Shown here: piece by piece, positions 1 to 12,116 of the stretch | Layout of the letters: every line of letters begins with the position of its first letter | How positions within the stretch are numbered: position 1 is the first letter of the stretch | Assembly (NCBI RefSeq): GCF_001186125.1 | Contig: NW_014040057.1 | Location: forward strand, 1 to 32,116 | DNA: 32,116 bases | Direction of reading: 5' to 3' | From: Sphaeroforma arctica JP610 | Taxonomy: Eukaryota | Notes under the pieces: model-generated | Told to the model about the DNA's origin: nothing | The model's database searches: none | Seen by the model: the letters and a program-made list of their open reading frames with translations, nothing else | Position numbers and translations under genes: made by a program

Positions 1-3
1 ATA

Positions 4-52
<49 letters not shown>

Positions 53-71
53 TATATATATATATATATAT
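1..71. repeat. (TA)n microsatellite
   Basis: Directly visible TA dinucleotide run with a few interruptions. Confidence 0.95.
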
Positions 72-1282
72 ACTGTGGTCCTTATATAAATAAAATATGA
101 CATTATAAAACGGGCAAATGAAAAGAGACATAGATACGGCTACATTGTACAACTTTCACACACCTACACAGGGGCTCGCCCACATAGTTCAAAACTCGTA
201 TGAAATATGTTGCACATACATTGCGAGAGAGTCTCTCAGATTCGTCAGCCTGTCGTACACCTTTGGTTTTCGCAGTCTCGCTGACTCTCCTCGAGTTTTT
301 TGATGTTGTTGCATTACGTTTAGTTAATAATCCATAGTGTGATGATACTGACGGCAATGAAGTTAGTTCTAGTTCGTTTCTCGACAAGTCGTCTTTGAGT
401 AGCGAGTTCATCTTGCCACTTTTGTGTTTAAGCAGCAACTCTTGTGTATAGGGATACAGCACCTATAATTTCTAGTCATGAATGTCCACTGCTGAGATGT
501 TACGTATTGTAATTACTCTCCTGGAGAACTACGTATTATCGTTACACTGCTGACTACCACGCTTATGAGTATGTACATATGCTATGTGGCAGTATTTGTA
601 TTTACTATAGTGCGTATGCCGTATAGTCTACTACTTTTTATTTTGAAACAAAACAAAAAAAAGAATGTAGTCGCGGACTCGCCTCTTTCTACTTGTGTAA
701 ATAAATACCTTGTTTGTTTGTTTTTAAATTACCCGTGCATTGTGTTTTTGTTTTTGTTTTTCTCTTTTTTGTTTTAAATAAATATTATGCCTGATTTAAA
801 AAATAAAATTACAAGAGTATGAAATAGATGTTTGATAAACTTTGTTCTATCCTGATAGGATTTTATAAATATGGAAACAGAAAATCACTGGTTGGAAATT
901 AGGAGAATATAAAAGAATCAGTAAAATCAGTAATCACATATCTGGTGTTATAGTGTTGTGTTTATATTTATATATTTTTTTATTAACAAAATTTTAATAG
1001 ATAAAAACAATAGAACAAAGTATGTACAGTACTCAACTACCCACTGCCTCAGTTAAAATATATATAAATGACTTTGTCTAAACGACACCCGTGAGACCCG
1101 TCACTATAAAATTATTAACGCCAGAGCCCTAGTATTCATCATGACCCTCTGGAATTGTCTCTCAGAAATGATTTTGTCCCTGAGAGAATCCAATTTTCCC
1201 TGAAAGAATCCATTTTTCATCTAGCGACAATTTCTACCAAGTATGTATATGTATATGAACCGAGTGAAATTATTTTGAATTT

Positions 1283-2601
1283 AACAGGACAAAATTCCTT
1301 GGACCTGAAATTTACAACAGAACGGGACAAAACCGAATTCAACATTGTTGAACTACAATTGCAATTGTCAAATCAAACGATCATATTTTACATATTTAGC
1401 CTTCTTTTCTTCTTGTTGTGTATATTTAGTTTAGAAGGCTATGAAACGATATATTTTTATAAATACTATTCAGAAGTATGGACCCATGAATTCACGCTCA
1501 CAGGTTTATTACAGAACATTGGCACTCTCTAGTCTGAATTGTTGTATTCTATTTCAGGTGATAGGTAGGTGTAGATTATGTACCGAAAACTGATACTTGA
1601 CTGTTGTATCGGTAAAGATTTTTTTTGCGCAGTGTACACGCTTAATAGTCCGGTACTTGGACCAAAGTCGCCATACGTGGGCCCATAAATATCGAACCTA
1701 CCTTTGCGAATGGACCGGATGCGCTTTTGGACATGGGCTCGGGAGTTAATAATTTTATAGTGACGGGTTTTGTATAGACAAAGTCTATATATATAGTATT
1801 TTTAAATATGTATAAAATATATCTGCAGACTGCAGACTGCAGACCTAAGCTCAATACGATTTGCCTATATGCGATAAACTTCAAACGTAAACGCAAAAGG
1901 TTTGGTTTTTTAAGCGTTTTTTAAAGTATATCGGGGGCAAATCAACTATGAAAATTTTCCAAATGTGTACCTGAAAATTGACCTTTTTTAATGAAGAGGC
2001 GATTTGAAACTATTCACAACCGACACAGTGAAGAATAGGACAATTCATGACAGTTAGGCCGCCTCAAAAAATGTACTTATTTGTAAACCCATAAGACTCC
2101 CCGATATACTTTACAACGCTTAAAAAACAAACTTTTTGCGTTTACGTTTAAAGTCTATCGCATACAGGCAAGCCGTTTTGAGCTTAGCCCTGGGGCCCTG
2201 GAGGCCTGGCCCTTGCACTGTGCAGAGCACAGAAAATAGAGTTAAATAACTGAAAACTCCAGAGTACACTCCAGAGTCGGATATCCTACATTCCTGTCGA
2301 TAACCGAACCACGGATTGTCGACAATCATTCAAACACATTGTGAATGACGAATCACACACACAGTCTCTCTGGTCTACTCTTTTAGTCTCTAAAATTTCA
2401 CTCTCTCTATCTTGGTCTCTCCCTCCTTCGGTAACTCCTTCCTCGCAGTGACTCGATTCCTCAGTGAGAACCCCCAGTCCCCCACCAGGAGGCCCCCACC
2501 AAAGGCTCTAGCCCTAGAAGGGAGTCGGGACTTGGGACTCTAGACACTCTTCCCCCTATGTCTCTGTTGTAAATTTCAGGTCCAAGGGATTTTGTCCTGT
2601 T
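1283..2601. repeat. 39-bp inverted repeat pair (1283-1321 / 2563-2601), probable remnant of a non-autonomous DNA transposon
   Basis: aacaggacaaaattccttggacctgaaatttacaacaga is the reverse complement of 2563-2601 with 1 mismatch. The core ccttggacctg recurs near 2802-2812. Confidence 0.6.
1845..2187. mobile_element. MITE/foldback-like element with ~90-bp imperfect terminal inverted repeats
   Basis: 1845-1936 (ctaagctcaatacgatttgcc...aaagtatatcgggg) is the imperfect reverse complement of 2099-2187. The ~160-bp spacer has no recognisable coding content. Confidence 0.7.
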
Positions 2602-2976
2602 CTGTGATTAATACATTTTTCAGAATAAAGCTTCAAAAAAAAAATCACTTGGTTTATATAGGCTCGGACGAAATTTAGAGTATCGGGTGCCGTATAAATA
2701 CCAGGTACATAATGTACATTACTATTTTCTTGAATATATATTCTGAATAAAAAATTGTAAAATGAATTTTCAGAACAGGATAAATAACAAAAATGAAAAT
2801 ACCTTGGACCTGGAAAGTGGAAATGCTGGCATTTACAAAAACCGAACGGGATTTCACTGAAATTTCACTGAAATTTCACACCCGCACAAAAAACCCTTCT
2901 TTTTTTTTCACTCTCAGTGAAATATACTGAAATAAAAACAGACCGGGATTTCACTGAAATTTTACTGAAATTTCAC

Positions 2977-3106
2977 CATCGCCTTCTAAATTAAACATTC
3001 ACACACCGAAAAAAAACCCCCCCCTTCTATTTTTACTCAGTGAATGATTCTATTTGGATACTATAGTTGTTGTTTTTTTAACCCCGAAAACAAATAGAAG
3101 GCGATG
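2977..3106. repeat. 130-bp segment bounded by a perfect 12-bp inverted repeat (catcgccttcta / tagaaggcgatg)
   Basis: Perfect IR seen directly. It lies inside a duplicated gggatttcactgaaatt... block (about 2840-2925 and 2935-3045). Confidence 0.45.
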
Positions 3107-3559
3107 AGCAAAAAAGTTATATTTTGCTTTTATCAAAAAATATTTTTAAAATATATATTTATTTAGTGAATGAATTTATGTTAGTACCGAACATCTGGTT
3201 TTCTCTGAAGCCGGTAACCGTCAGAATTTTGATTGTAAAATATATACTTTATATTACACCTCGTAACTCGACCATATCTGCTTTGAATACGGTATGTGCT
3301 TCGAGTAGACGTGGTGCATTTCAACCACCTAAGAAGCAAACTAAATGAGTGCAGAAATGTTTGTGTGGAGTGCGCGATTGTCTTAGTTGTGTCAGCCGTA
3401 AAATATCATTACTGAAAGGTCAAGCGAAAAGAGAGAACATTGAATCGGTAACCATGAAAACTCGCAAGTGGTTGTATCGATTGAATCCTGCTCTATTCAC
3501 GGAAGCAGAGATAGTTACTGCGTTGGCCACAAAATGAGGTACAAGAAAAACAAACAACT

Positions 3560-4095
3560 GTAGAAAACTAGAAATACGGCCTCCGGGAAGGTGAAGCAAA
3601 GAATATGATTCTGCACTTTGCCGTTATAATTATGGACTTAATTATATAAAACAGGGAGATATCAATAGCAGACTGTGCAACCCCAGTTATCTTAGCTCTC
3701 TTAGCAGTCGATCAATATAAATCTGATGGAACGAATAGTAAAACAAGAGTAGTATTAGACCTGTCGCCAATCAACAAACTAATTCCGCAACATAGTTTAT
3801 CCCCTTACCAATGATAAGCGAAATACTACGCAAAATGGAAGGTGCGACTATCTTTTCCAAGATAGACTTAAAAGCTGCATTTCATCAATTACAGATATAT
3901 GAGCCCCATAGAAAATACTTTTCCTTTGCTTGGCAAGGTAAACAAAAGTATCAGTTTAATGGTGCACCTGGCGGCTTACACATGTTACCTTTTGTCGTAC
4001 AACAAGTAATGATGAAACTATTTGCGGGCCTGTCAGATAACGTATCAGTCTATTTAGATGATATAGTTATCTTTACAAAGACAACACATGCGTGA
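3560..4095 (+). pseudogene. Ty3/Gypsy reverse transcriptase fragment (element E)
   Basis: KTRVVLDLSPINKLI, then after a frameshift IFSKIDLKAAFHQL...FNGAPGGL...VSVYLDDIVIFT (YLDD at 4051-4062). Truncated just after the catalytic motif; the 5' boundary is approximate. Confidence 0.9.
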
Positions 4096-5742
4096 CTAAA
4101 CTTTCTGATCTGCGTACCAACAGTGCAGAAAATTCTTCAAACTTACTTACTAATGAGGAACAACCTTTGGCTATTACCTTACCAAATAATAAACATAAGG
4201 CACCTACATCGGAAATGATTAATGGACTAAATACTAAACGACATAGAGTACAACATGAGTCTTGAACTCGTACATATAGGCACATACATACTCGATAAGC
4301 CATGACCGAAACCGTTTTACTTTCATACCTTCACGGACGTCCATAGTTCTAAAATCTACTGAGGACTATGTATAAATACGGCCTCCAGTCAGTCTAAAAT
4401 ATCAAGATCAAATGAGATAACACATTGTTTATTTATTTAAATTTATAGAAAAATTATTACAAGTTATTTTTCCAATATTTCCATAGGTGTTCTAAATTCA
4501 CTTTGATGGCTCCAATAGTCTGAATATTTGGTATGACTATTTTAGTTGGACTTGTTTGAGACAATAGTGGATGTAGGATATTATAAACTAAGTTTTATAA
4601 TCTCTGAACTATTACTTACAGATTTTGGTCTTCCCGTCAATCTCCAAAATCCAATGTCTTTTTCTTTTTTTAACTCTTCTTCAGATGGAACTTTATTTAT
4701 ATTAGCTAATGTATTAACTTGACTTACGTTCTTATGTCTATCTACAAATTAAGCATATGGTCACGAACACCTAGTACTTCTAGTGAAAATTATTCAATAA
4801 AGAACAGCTAGAGGTACATCCTGTGTGATCTAGGATATTAAGGCTCTTACCAAGAGGCAGTCCTAATCATTCCTACACAAGCTACCACTGCTAAATCCAA
4901 ATTGACTTAAATTGTATCTTAGTTTATTTAAAACATACTTTAAAACATGGAAATGTCCATCGAAGTTTACACAACGCAGTTCTCAACGCAAAACATTTCA
5001 GCATCACGGACTTGTACCTTACACAAAATGGCGCGCAAATACATCTTAACAAACACCCAGTTCCAGCACTGTCTTTCAGAGAACTTCAGTGGAAGTGGGA
5101 TTATCAATTGGATAGAGTTCCTGTAGTTTGGGGTGAAGTGGGAGCACAACACACTAAGTGTGTATGCACAAATAGCGAAGAGGTATGTGGTGAGGATATT
5201 TCAAGTACAGATGATATATTCTTACCATGCAATGTTGACGATGTGACCAAAAAAACTAGTATGCGATGATGGTTCCCGAATAAGGCTTGCACAGCGTATA
5301 TGAGTGCGAGCTATAGAAGAAAAGCGTTCAACTATTCGGATTCACAAACATCACTTCCATCCTTCAATATTTAACACAAATGCGAAGACACGAACACGAC
5401 TGAATTATGATGGTATTCTCCATTTCAAACCATATAGCTTATCGGATGAAATCTCGCCATGACTCACAGATACTTCTAGTAGCAGTCAAACCAACACACC
5501 TCGTTCATGTCCGGAGAAACGGCGTATTCTAGCACCCAGAAAGGATAGTTCACAGCTTAGACAGAATAGAACAACAGTAACATCAAACCAAACCAACGAT
5601 GTGTTCACTCCGATTCTGCGCACACATGCGCATGTTTTACCAATATCAGTACCCTCATCGAGCAACAACACAACACCCACTTCAATACCTGAGTCACGAG
5701 AGTACTTCATCTGTTTGCTGACAAAGGACTGTTTCTGTTTAG

Positions 5743-5963
5743 TGTGATCAGAATACAAGTACATAGGTTTTAGTTGTTTATTTTAGTTTTTTTACAGTTT
5801 ATCAGAATAATCTGATAAACTTAGTTTTTGCTGACTATTACAGCACATGACTTGTGACTCACTTTTAGAGTCACTAATTTTACAATTACTAATAAATGAA
5901 CAACGTCTCCCTCTCTACGGATAGAACGTTGCGATACAGTTATTGGAGCGTTCGTTTACCACA
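5743..5963 (+). repeat. 5' LTR of element A (221 bp)
   Basis: Starts TGTGATCAGAATAC and ends TTTACCACA. Matches 12726-12956 with roughly 14 substitutions plus small indels by eye. Confidence 0.93.
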
Positions 5964-6146
5964 TTTTTAATTTACCAATGAAGTTGTGAGTTTATTGGTA
6001 ATTAGGAAATATGCTACTTTATAATAATTGAATGAAATTTATTAGATTGTTCTACAGGAATACAACGGACGAAGAAAAAGAACACCGATTGTTATAATAG
6101 CGGAAGTAAGATGGCGCGACAAAATGACGAAATCTTTCAAAATCTA

Positions 6147-6598
6147 CCCGCGGTAGAAGACGATAGTGGGTACACAAGTAGTGATGCAAGTGCCACAATG
6201 CCATCGTTGATGTCGAGTAGTGGCAGCGAAGAGGAAGAGACGCTGAGACCGAACGATCAGCACGACCGATGGAATCAGCAAAAGATATCTGAAGTGAACA
6301 ATGGACGCTTCAGGCTCAATAGAAGCAGTATGGCTAGACAGCTCGAACGTTTCAGGCTTCCTAGACAGGTATCCCGCGGTAGAAGACGATAGTGGGTACA
6401 CAAGTAGTGATGCTAGTGCCACAATGCCATCATTGATGTCGAGTAGTGGCAGCGAAGAGGAAGAGACGCCGAGACCGAACGATCAGCACGACCGATGGAA
6501 TCAGCAAAAGGAATCTGAAGGGAACAATGGACGCTTCAGGCTCAATAGAATCAGTATGGCTAGACAGCTCGAACGTTTCAGGCTTCCTAGACAGGTAT
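6147..6598 (+). repeat. 226-bp tandem duplication (6147-6372 / 6373-6598)
   Basis: Two near-identical copies beginning cccgcggtagaagacgatagtggg. The duplication frameshifts the ORF that starts at ATG 6111. Confidence 0.95.
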
Positions 6599-8169
6599 CT
6601 AACTTTACTGTGGCTCCAAGAACGGAGGCAAACAATGACACTACGACCAAACCCAAGAAGCCCACGACCGAACCCAAGAAGCAATCGAATCAGGAACAGA
6701 CATCTGAAGTATAAGAACGAAATCAGCAGGACAAGAAGGACCAAACGGCCAAGACGAGGGTCCAGTCAGACGATCAGTTAAGTAGAAACGATGGTGCAAA
6801 ATAGTTTGGTGATTATATGTTGTAGAAACAAATAGTATGGGTGAAATTGTGGGTTAGATATCGAATTAGAACCCTATTCTGGAAATATTCTTGGTTAGAG
6901 GATGCTCTGTAGAAATTGCATGAGAGAAATGGAACCAGTGTATATGGTGAGTAAGATCTAAGGGGTTGTATGCATAGAAGCAATCGGGAATAGAATTAGC
7001 AATGTTGCTCCTACTGTAGATGGGCCAATGAGATATAATACTACAATAAATACGCCCTAACTCTAGACATAGACAAAGGGAAGAGTTAGGTAGTTCGCAA
7101 TGTCCCAGTTAGAACTGAAAGGGATTAAAACGAAGGTTATAAAGCAAGTAAGGACACAAAGAACAAGTCAGCGTAAATAATTATAGATATATACTATAAT
7201 ATCATAGGCATAGTACGTTACTAACGTGGTATGAGAGATTCTTCTTGACAAAATTGAGAGATCGAAGGGATAGAGAGTATGTACATATTTAAATGGTACC
7301 CAGGTACATTGAACAATGAGGTTAGCAATAAGATCGTGGAACGATACGGACTAATAGTACAATTTGAGTCTTACTGTAAATCAAAGAACCACCTTAGGAG
7401 TTACAGTACATAGACAAAGATGATATCTGGTAAATTAGGGGATGTCGAGGTAAGAATTGTATAATACACAGTTAGAATCCACAGAGGCACTAGGAACTAC
7501 TTGCCTAAGCAGAACTTTGTATTAGAGATGCTCGAAAGAAAGTACCAAGCAGGATCTAGAGGTAAACAGAGCAGTCCGTAGGGCACGACAGGCCGACAAT
7601 AGGCAGTTATATACCAATAACCGCAACGGCACATGTAGCTGCACAAGGGAGTAAGATTAGCAAAGGAAGGGGAGTAAAGCGAGAGCGGTGGAGCTCTCTA
7701 AGGAGCAAAAGTATGTCGCCGAAGAAGGATGTGACTCCACTAGGAGGTTGGAGTAGCACCCAAGGAGTGTAGGGTGAACCCCGACAATTATTTCATCGAA
7801 GGATATACGGCACCATAGTCTGCTGGAGGCATGAGCAGGATTCATGTACTATTGTATCACTCTGAAAAGGAACGTAGTGAAGGGCACGGAATAAATCTTT
7901 CCTGGAAAACAGTGTCGATACTTGCTGAGATGAGAAACGATCTCTAGGACGGAGAAGTATTTATACCCGACCTATTTCGAGGACGTTTACATACATTTCC
8001 AAACCTCCATTGAACCACACAACGTACTATTATGTACAACTTACGTCAAAGCCGTAGGTAGCAACATCTGACCCCTGAACGTCGGGAGGAAGACAACATA
8101 GACCGTCGAGGGACTAAGCGCCACTAGTCTGTCACGGACCATACCAGCCAACGAGCTGAGAACGGACGG

Positions 8170-10017
8170 ATGGAACTACAGAATGGAAAGATTCATCACC
8201 AAGCAGCGACTAACATTAGACGGGCATCCAAGACACCCAGGGGTGATATCAGCCTAACGAAGGAAGACGTGGTAATTAATGACGAGGCCAAAGGAGATCC
8301 CGACCTGCGTGCGGACAGGGGGCAGTCCATTACTGGTGATCATGTAGCTAGTAGTGGACTGCCCTCTTGTTCGTCTTCGGGTATTTCTGGAGCCTCATCT
8401 TCCGGTAACGAGCAACCACGCCTCCCACCTAATAAGCGTAGGCGTCGCCGCCGTCGTTCCAACAACAAGGGCACGGTGCAGGGCCAGTCGTCAACACAGA
8501 AGCTAACCGAACTCATGGCACAACAACAATCGCTCTTGGAGAAGTACGAACAAAGGCTGAAGCGTACATCTTCAGAACGGCCTACGACAATGTTGTCCGC
8601 GCACGAAGCGTTGACTAGCCCACATACACGGGGGCATTGTCTCCGAAGAGGAAGAGACTTTGTCGTCTCTGGAGGAGGCTCTGTCATTCCAAGAATTCGC
8701 ACGTGAGCAGGTGTTGGCCAAAAAAAAAACCACATGGGCAGGAAGCGCTCAAGAACAGGCAGGACCAGATGAGTACGACCTATCGCCAACAACAACAGCG
8801 ACAATCATTCGAGAGGGCAGCAACCAGTGAGCATGTACAGACGTCTAAGCGAGCGGAGACGACGTCGCTCACACCTCCACCCACACCGGCGAGTATTGAG
8901 AAAGTCGACAGGTACTACACGCACGTATGCTACACTTGAGCGACGAGTTATGCCAAGCAATAGAGGATAATAATACGGCTCGAGCTGAAGCTCTTAGGGA
9001 AGCGATCGAAACGCTTCGAGCCACGCTAGAGTCCCGTCCAGTGGAAAAGCGTCCGGTACCATCACCTCGTACATGGCCGGATTGGCCCTCGAATATATAC
9101 CACCTCCACGGCATCATAGAACGGGACATGAAGGGAGCTCTACTGGAGGCTTTAAGAACGCGCATATCGCAGAGTTAGATGATATTTGGAGCCTTACATG
9201 ATTCCACAAGATATTATCTTACTTTACGGCTGAGAAATCAACATTGGATTACATACGTGACAATTCTGAACGATTGAAGATGTGGACGCCACAACTACAA
9301 ATCGAACAGATTTGCTTGCACGAGACTCAAGGCACTGTTGATCCCGCGTTTCGTAAGCTTGCCAAGGGCCACAACCGCAACATGCACACCCCTATTACGG
9401 AACAAATGACACAGCTCATGGAGAACCACAGGAGGGCACGTGAACAAAGCCAGACGGATGCAGACTTCCAACAGAATTTATTAAACCACTGCATTGTTCA
9501 ACTGTTGGAGGAAGCTCTCAACGGCCGTACGTATGAACGCACTCTACAATTGCATCCCAAATGGCAGTTAATGAAGACTCACGAGCTTCTACAGTTGTTG
9601 AGTCCCGACATTCAGGACGCACAGCAGCGCACTGCGGCGCGACTCCAGAACCGTAATAATCGCGAAGGCCCACCAAGTAATGGGGCTCGTGACTACACCA
9701 ATAGCCGCCCTAACCCGCAGACAGTTCGACGACAGTCACAGAACTGGGCACAGCGACCCCAGCCGACATTACCCCCAACGTGTGCTGGATGTCAGGCACA
9801 AGCTCCGCCAGGTTCACGTCATATTTCGCGATGTCACCATTTCCGAGCGTCGCCCCCAGGGGGTACGGACGGCAGGGCGCGGCCGTATGACGCCAACCGC
9901 ACATCAGGAGACGCACAACCGGCACACAGACCGTCCGCAACTCCAACCTTAGGACAGGGACAGCCCAACAACCTGGGCAGAGACTTGGTCACTACACGCC
10001 CGACTCCGCAAGTATAG
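8170..10017 (+). pseudogene. gag-like region of element A, fragmented by frameshifts and stops
   Basis: Position directly upstream of RT; basic NLS-like PPNKRRRRRRR; helical central part; CAGC-x9-H-x3-C knuckle-like motif near the C-terminus. Confidence 0.6.
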
Positions 10018-11528
10018 GTGAACGCGATTGCGAACGACGACAGTTTTGTACCACCATCAGCAGCTACAGAGGTACACATCAACACGANNNNNNNNNNNNN
10101 NNNNNNNCAGGCACCGAACACGACGGAACCCGCCGATGCACGTCAACGGCTGGCACAGGATTTAGAGGCGAACGCGCAGATTGCTGACAAGGCGCGATGT
10201 CGTCTGGAAGGGAGCGAAGTTACCATTTTGGTAACCCGTGAACAGGCGATGCACATGCGCAGATCAACGCGTAACTTTATATCCGACCGGTGGCTACCAT
10301 ACGTGGACGAGCAGGTGAAGAAGTGGTTGGCGGATTTGGTGATCACGAAACGGACGACACCGACGACTGTTAACCTCCCGCTCCTTGCGGTCTCGACGTT
10401 TGGTGCAGAAGAGAACGTGAAGAAGGTACGCGTATGTTTAGATATGCGTGCTGTCAACGCGCTTATTCTGGGCAACCAGTTCTTGATTCCCAAGGTCAAC
10501 GAACTTATCTCTCGCCTCAAGAGTAAGAAGTACTACACTACGCTGGATATATCGGCGGCATATAATAGGCTACCGATCCATCCCGATTCACAATACCTGT
10601 TTAGCTTTACACACGAGCGTTATCAGTACTCGTTTACATCGGAACCTTGAGCACAATACTGGACTACTTGCCGGTCCACCACTATATCGACGATATAGTT
10701 ATTGCCAGCGACGACTATGACGAACATATTCGAACGGTGAAGAAGGTGATTCAACGTTTAAGATACCACAGTTTTAAGCTCAACCCCGCCAAGTGTCACT
10801 TTGCTATTCCCGAAGTGATGATCTTAGAGAAGAAGGTGTCGGCACAATGCATAGATATTGATCATGAGAAGCAGACCAAGCTTATCGACTGGCCTACCCC
10901 ACTACGGTACAAAGACATAGCCTCTGCCTTTGGATTAGCAAATTATCTTCATGAACATCTCCCCAACTTTGCGAACACGGTTGCACCTTTGCGCGAGTTA
11001 TGCAAACTCAAACCGAAGGAGTTGATCGGCGATCGTTGGGAGAAAAGACATGCACAGGCGTGGCAGGCAATGAAGGATGCAGTTGTCAATGCAGTGGCGT
11101 TGCACTTTCCGGTCGACGGTATACCATTGAACTTGGAAACCGACGCTAGCGATTACGGTTTGGGGGGAGCGTTATTCCAATGGGTCGACGGGAAGAAACA
11201 TTATTTAATGTTCTTTAGCAAGACTCTGAACCATGCGCAACAGAACTACGCTACACCAATGAAGGAGTTACTAGCCTTGGTGTACGGGCTGACACATTTT
11301 AGGGAACATTTGGATGGGCAACGGTTTACCGTCTTTACGGACCACAAGGCCCTGGTGTATATGAATACACGGCTCAAGCTTAATCTGATGCTCGAGAGAT
11401 GGCACCATATTATAGCACCGTTCTACTCTACCATATCACATATACCAGGAGTTCCGGACATGTTGAGCAGAGTACATGAGGGGACAGCGGAGCATGACGA
11501 ACCTGTGATACTGTACACAGACTGTTGA
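10018..11528 (+). pseudogene. RT and RNase H of element A
   Basis: RVCLDMRAVN, YTTLDISAAYNRL, HYIDDIVIAS, LNPAKCHF, LETDASDYGLGGALFQ, NYATPMKELLALVYG, VFTDHKAL. The PFGL..FQR segment is deleted with a frameshift near 10648. Confidence 0.95.
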
Positions 11529-11915
11529 CAGTTATTCCCTAGTTACTTTGAACAAGCGCAACAACACTTCGGTCTGAACAATATAGATGTATTTGCGGAC
11601 CCGTCTAACGTTCAGCTTCGTCGATTTCGGACTAAAGACAATGGGGAAGGGGCGTTTGCCCACGACTGGTCGACAGTCGATGGATGGATGAACCCACCAT
11701 GAGAGAAGATACATAGAATGTTACGCAAGATATGGACCGATGGTGCGAGGGCAACGGTGTGTCTGCCATGGGTACCAAGGGCACCATGGTTTGACCTGTT
11801 CAAACAGTTGTTGCAATCACAACCAGTACTGGTCCCACGAACGCCACACACGTTCCTCAAGTACGCTAAGTATGCCTGTGGCAAGACGCCATGGGGATAC
11901 ACAGTGATTGCACGA
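11526..11915 (+). pseudogene. Dam-like DNA N6-adenine methyltransferase domain in Pol of element A
   Basis: In frame with RNase H: *QLFPSYFEQAQQHFGLNNIDVFADPSN...AFAHDWSTVDGWMNPP*EKIHRMLRKIWTDGARATVCLPWVPRAPWF...CGKTPWG. Both stops are TGA at positions that are Trp in element C. Confidence 0.85.
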
Positions 11916-12116
11916 GTGGGACCCCCTAACGGGTTCAAACTGGACCCACTGTTTTCCCAGCGACTTGGGTATGCAGAACCAAAACACACGGCGTACGTAA
12001 TGTGTTTAGATACCGCGCGAGAGATCTCGGTGGCAATGGCGGATCCAGAAGGTCAACCGGCATTTGAGCGGGCGACGCCAGAAGAACAACAACGCCGTAC
12101 GCGACTCACACAAGCG

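Noticed and set aside
103..462. Minus-strand 119-aa ORF as a gene or exon
   Set aside because: It could be an internal exon (AG before 462, GT near 260), but there is no recognisable homology, so it cannot be supported.
4457..4790. Minus-strand AT-rich frame RCS*PYA*FVDRHKNVSQVN... faintly like a TnpB/Fanzor C-terminal DRDxNAAxN motif
   Set aside because: Several stops, the catalytic Asp is not conserved, and no RuvC-I/II is seen upstream. Only an HMM hit could rescue it.
7657..7965. Antisense gene inside element A (TATAAATA near 7960, ATG at 7845)
   Set aside because: Only 62 codons, the continuation is full of stops, and there is no recognisable motif.
11526..11702. TGA-as-Trp alternative genetic code
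   Set aside because: TGG is used for Trp throughout, TAG and TAA stops and frameshifts also interrupt these elements, and the HSF ORF ends in TGA.
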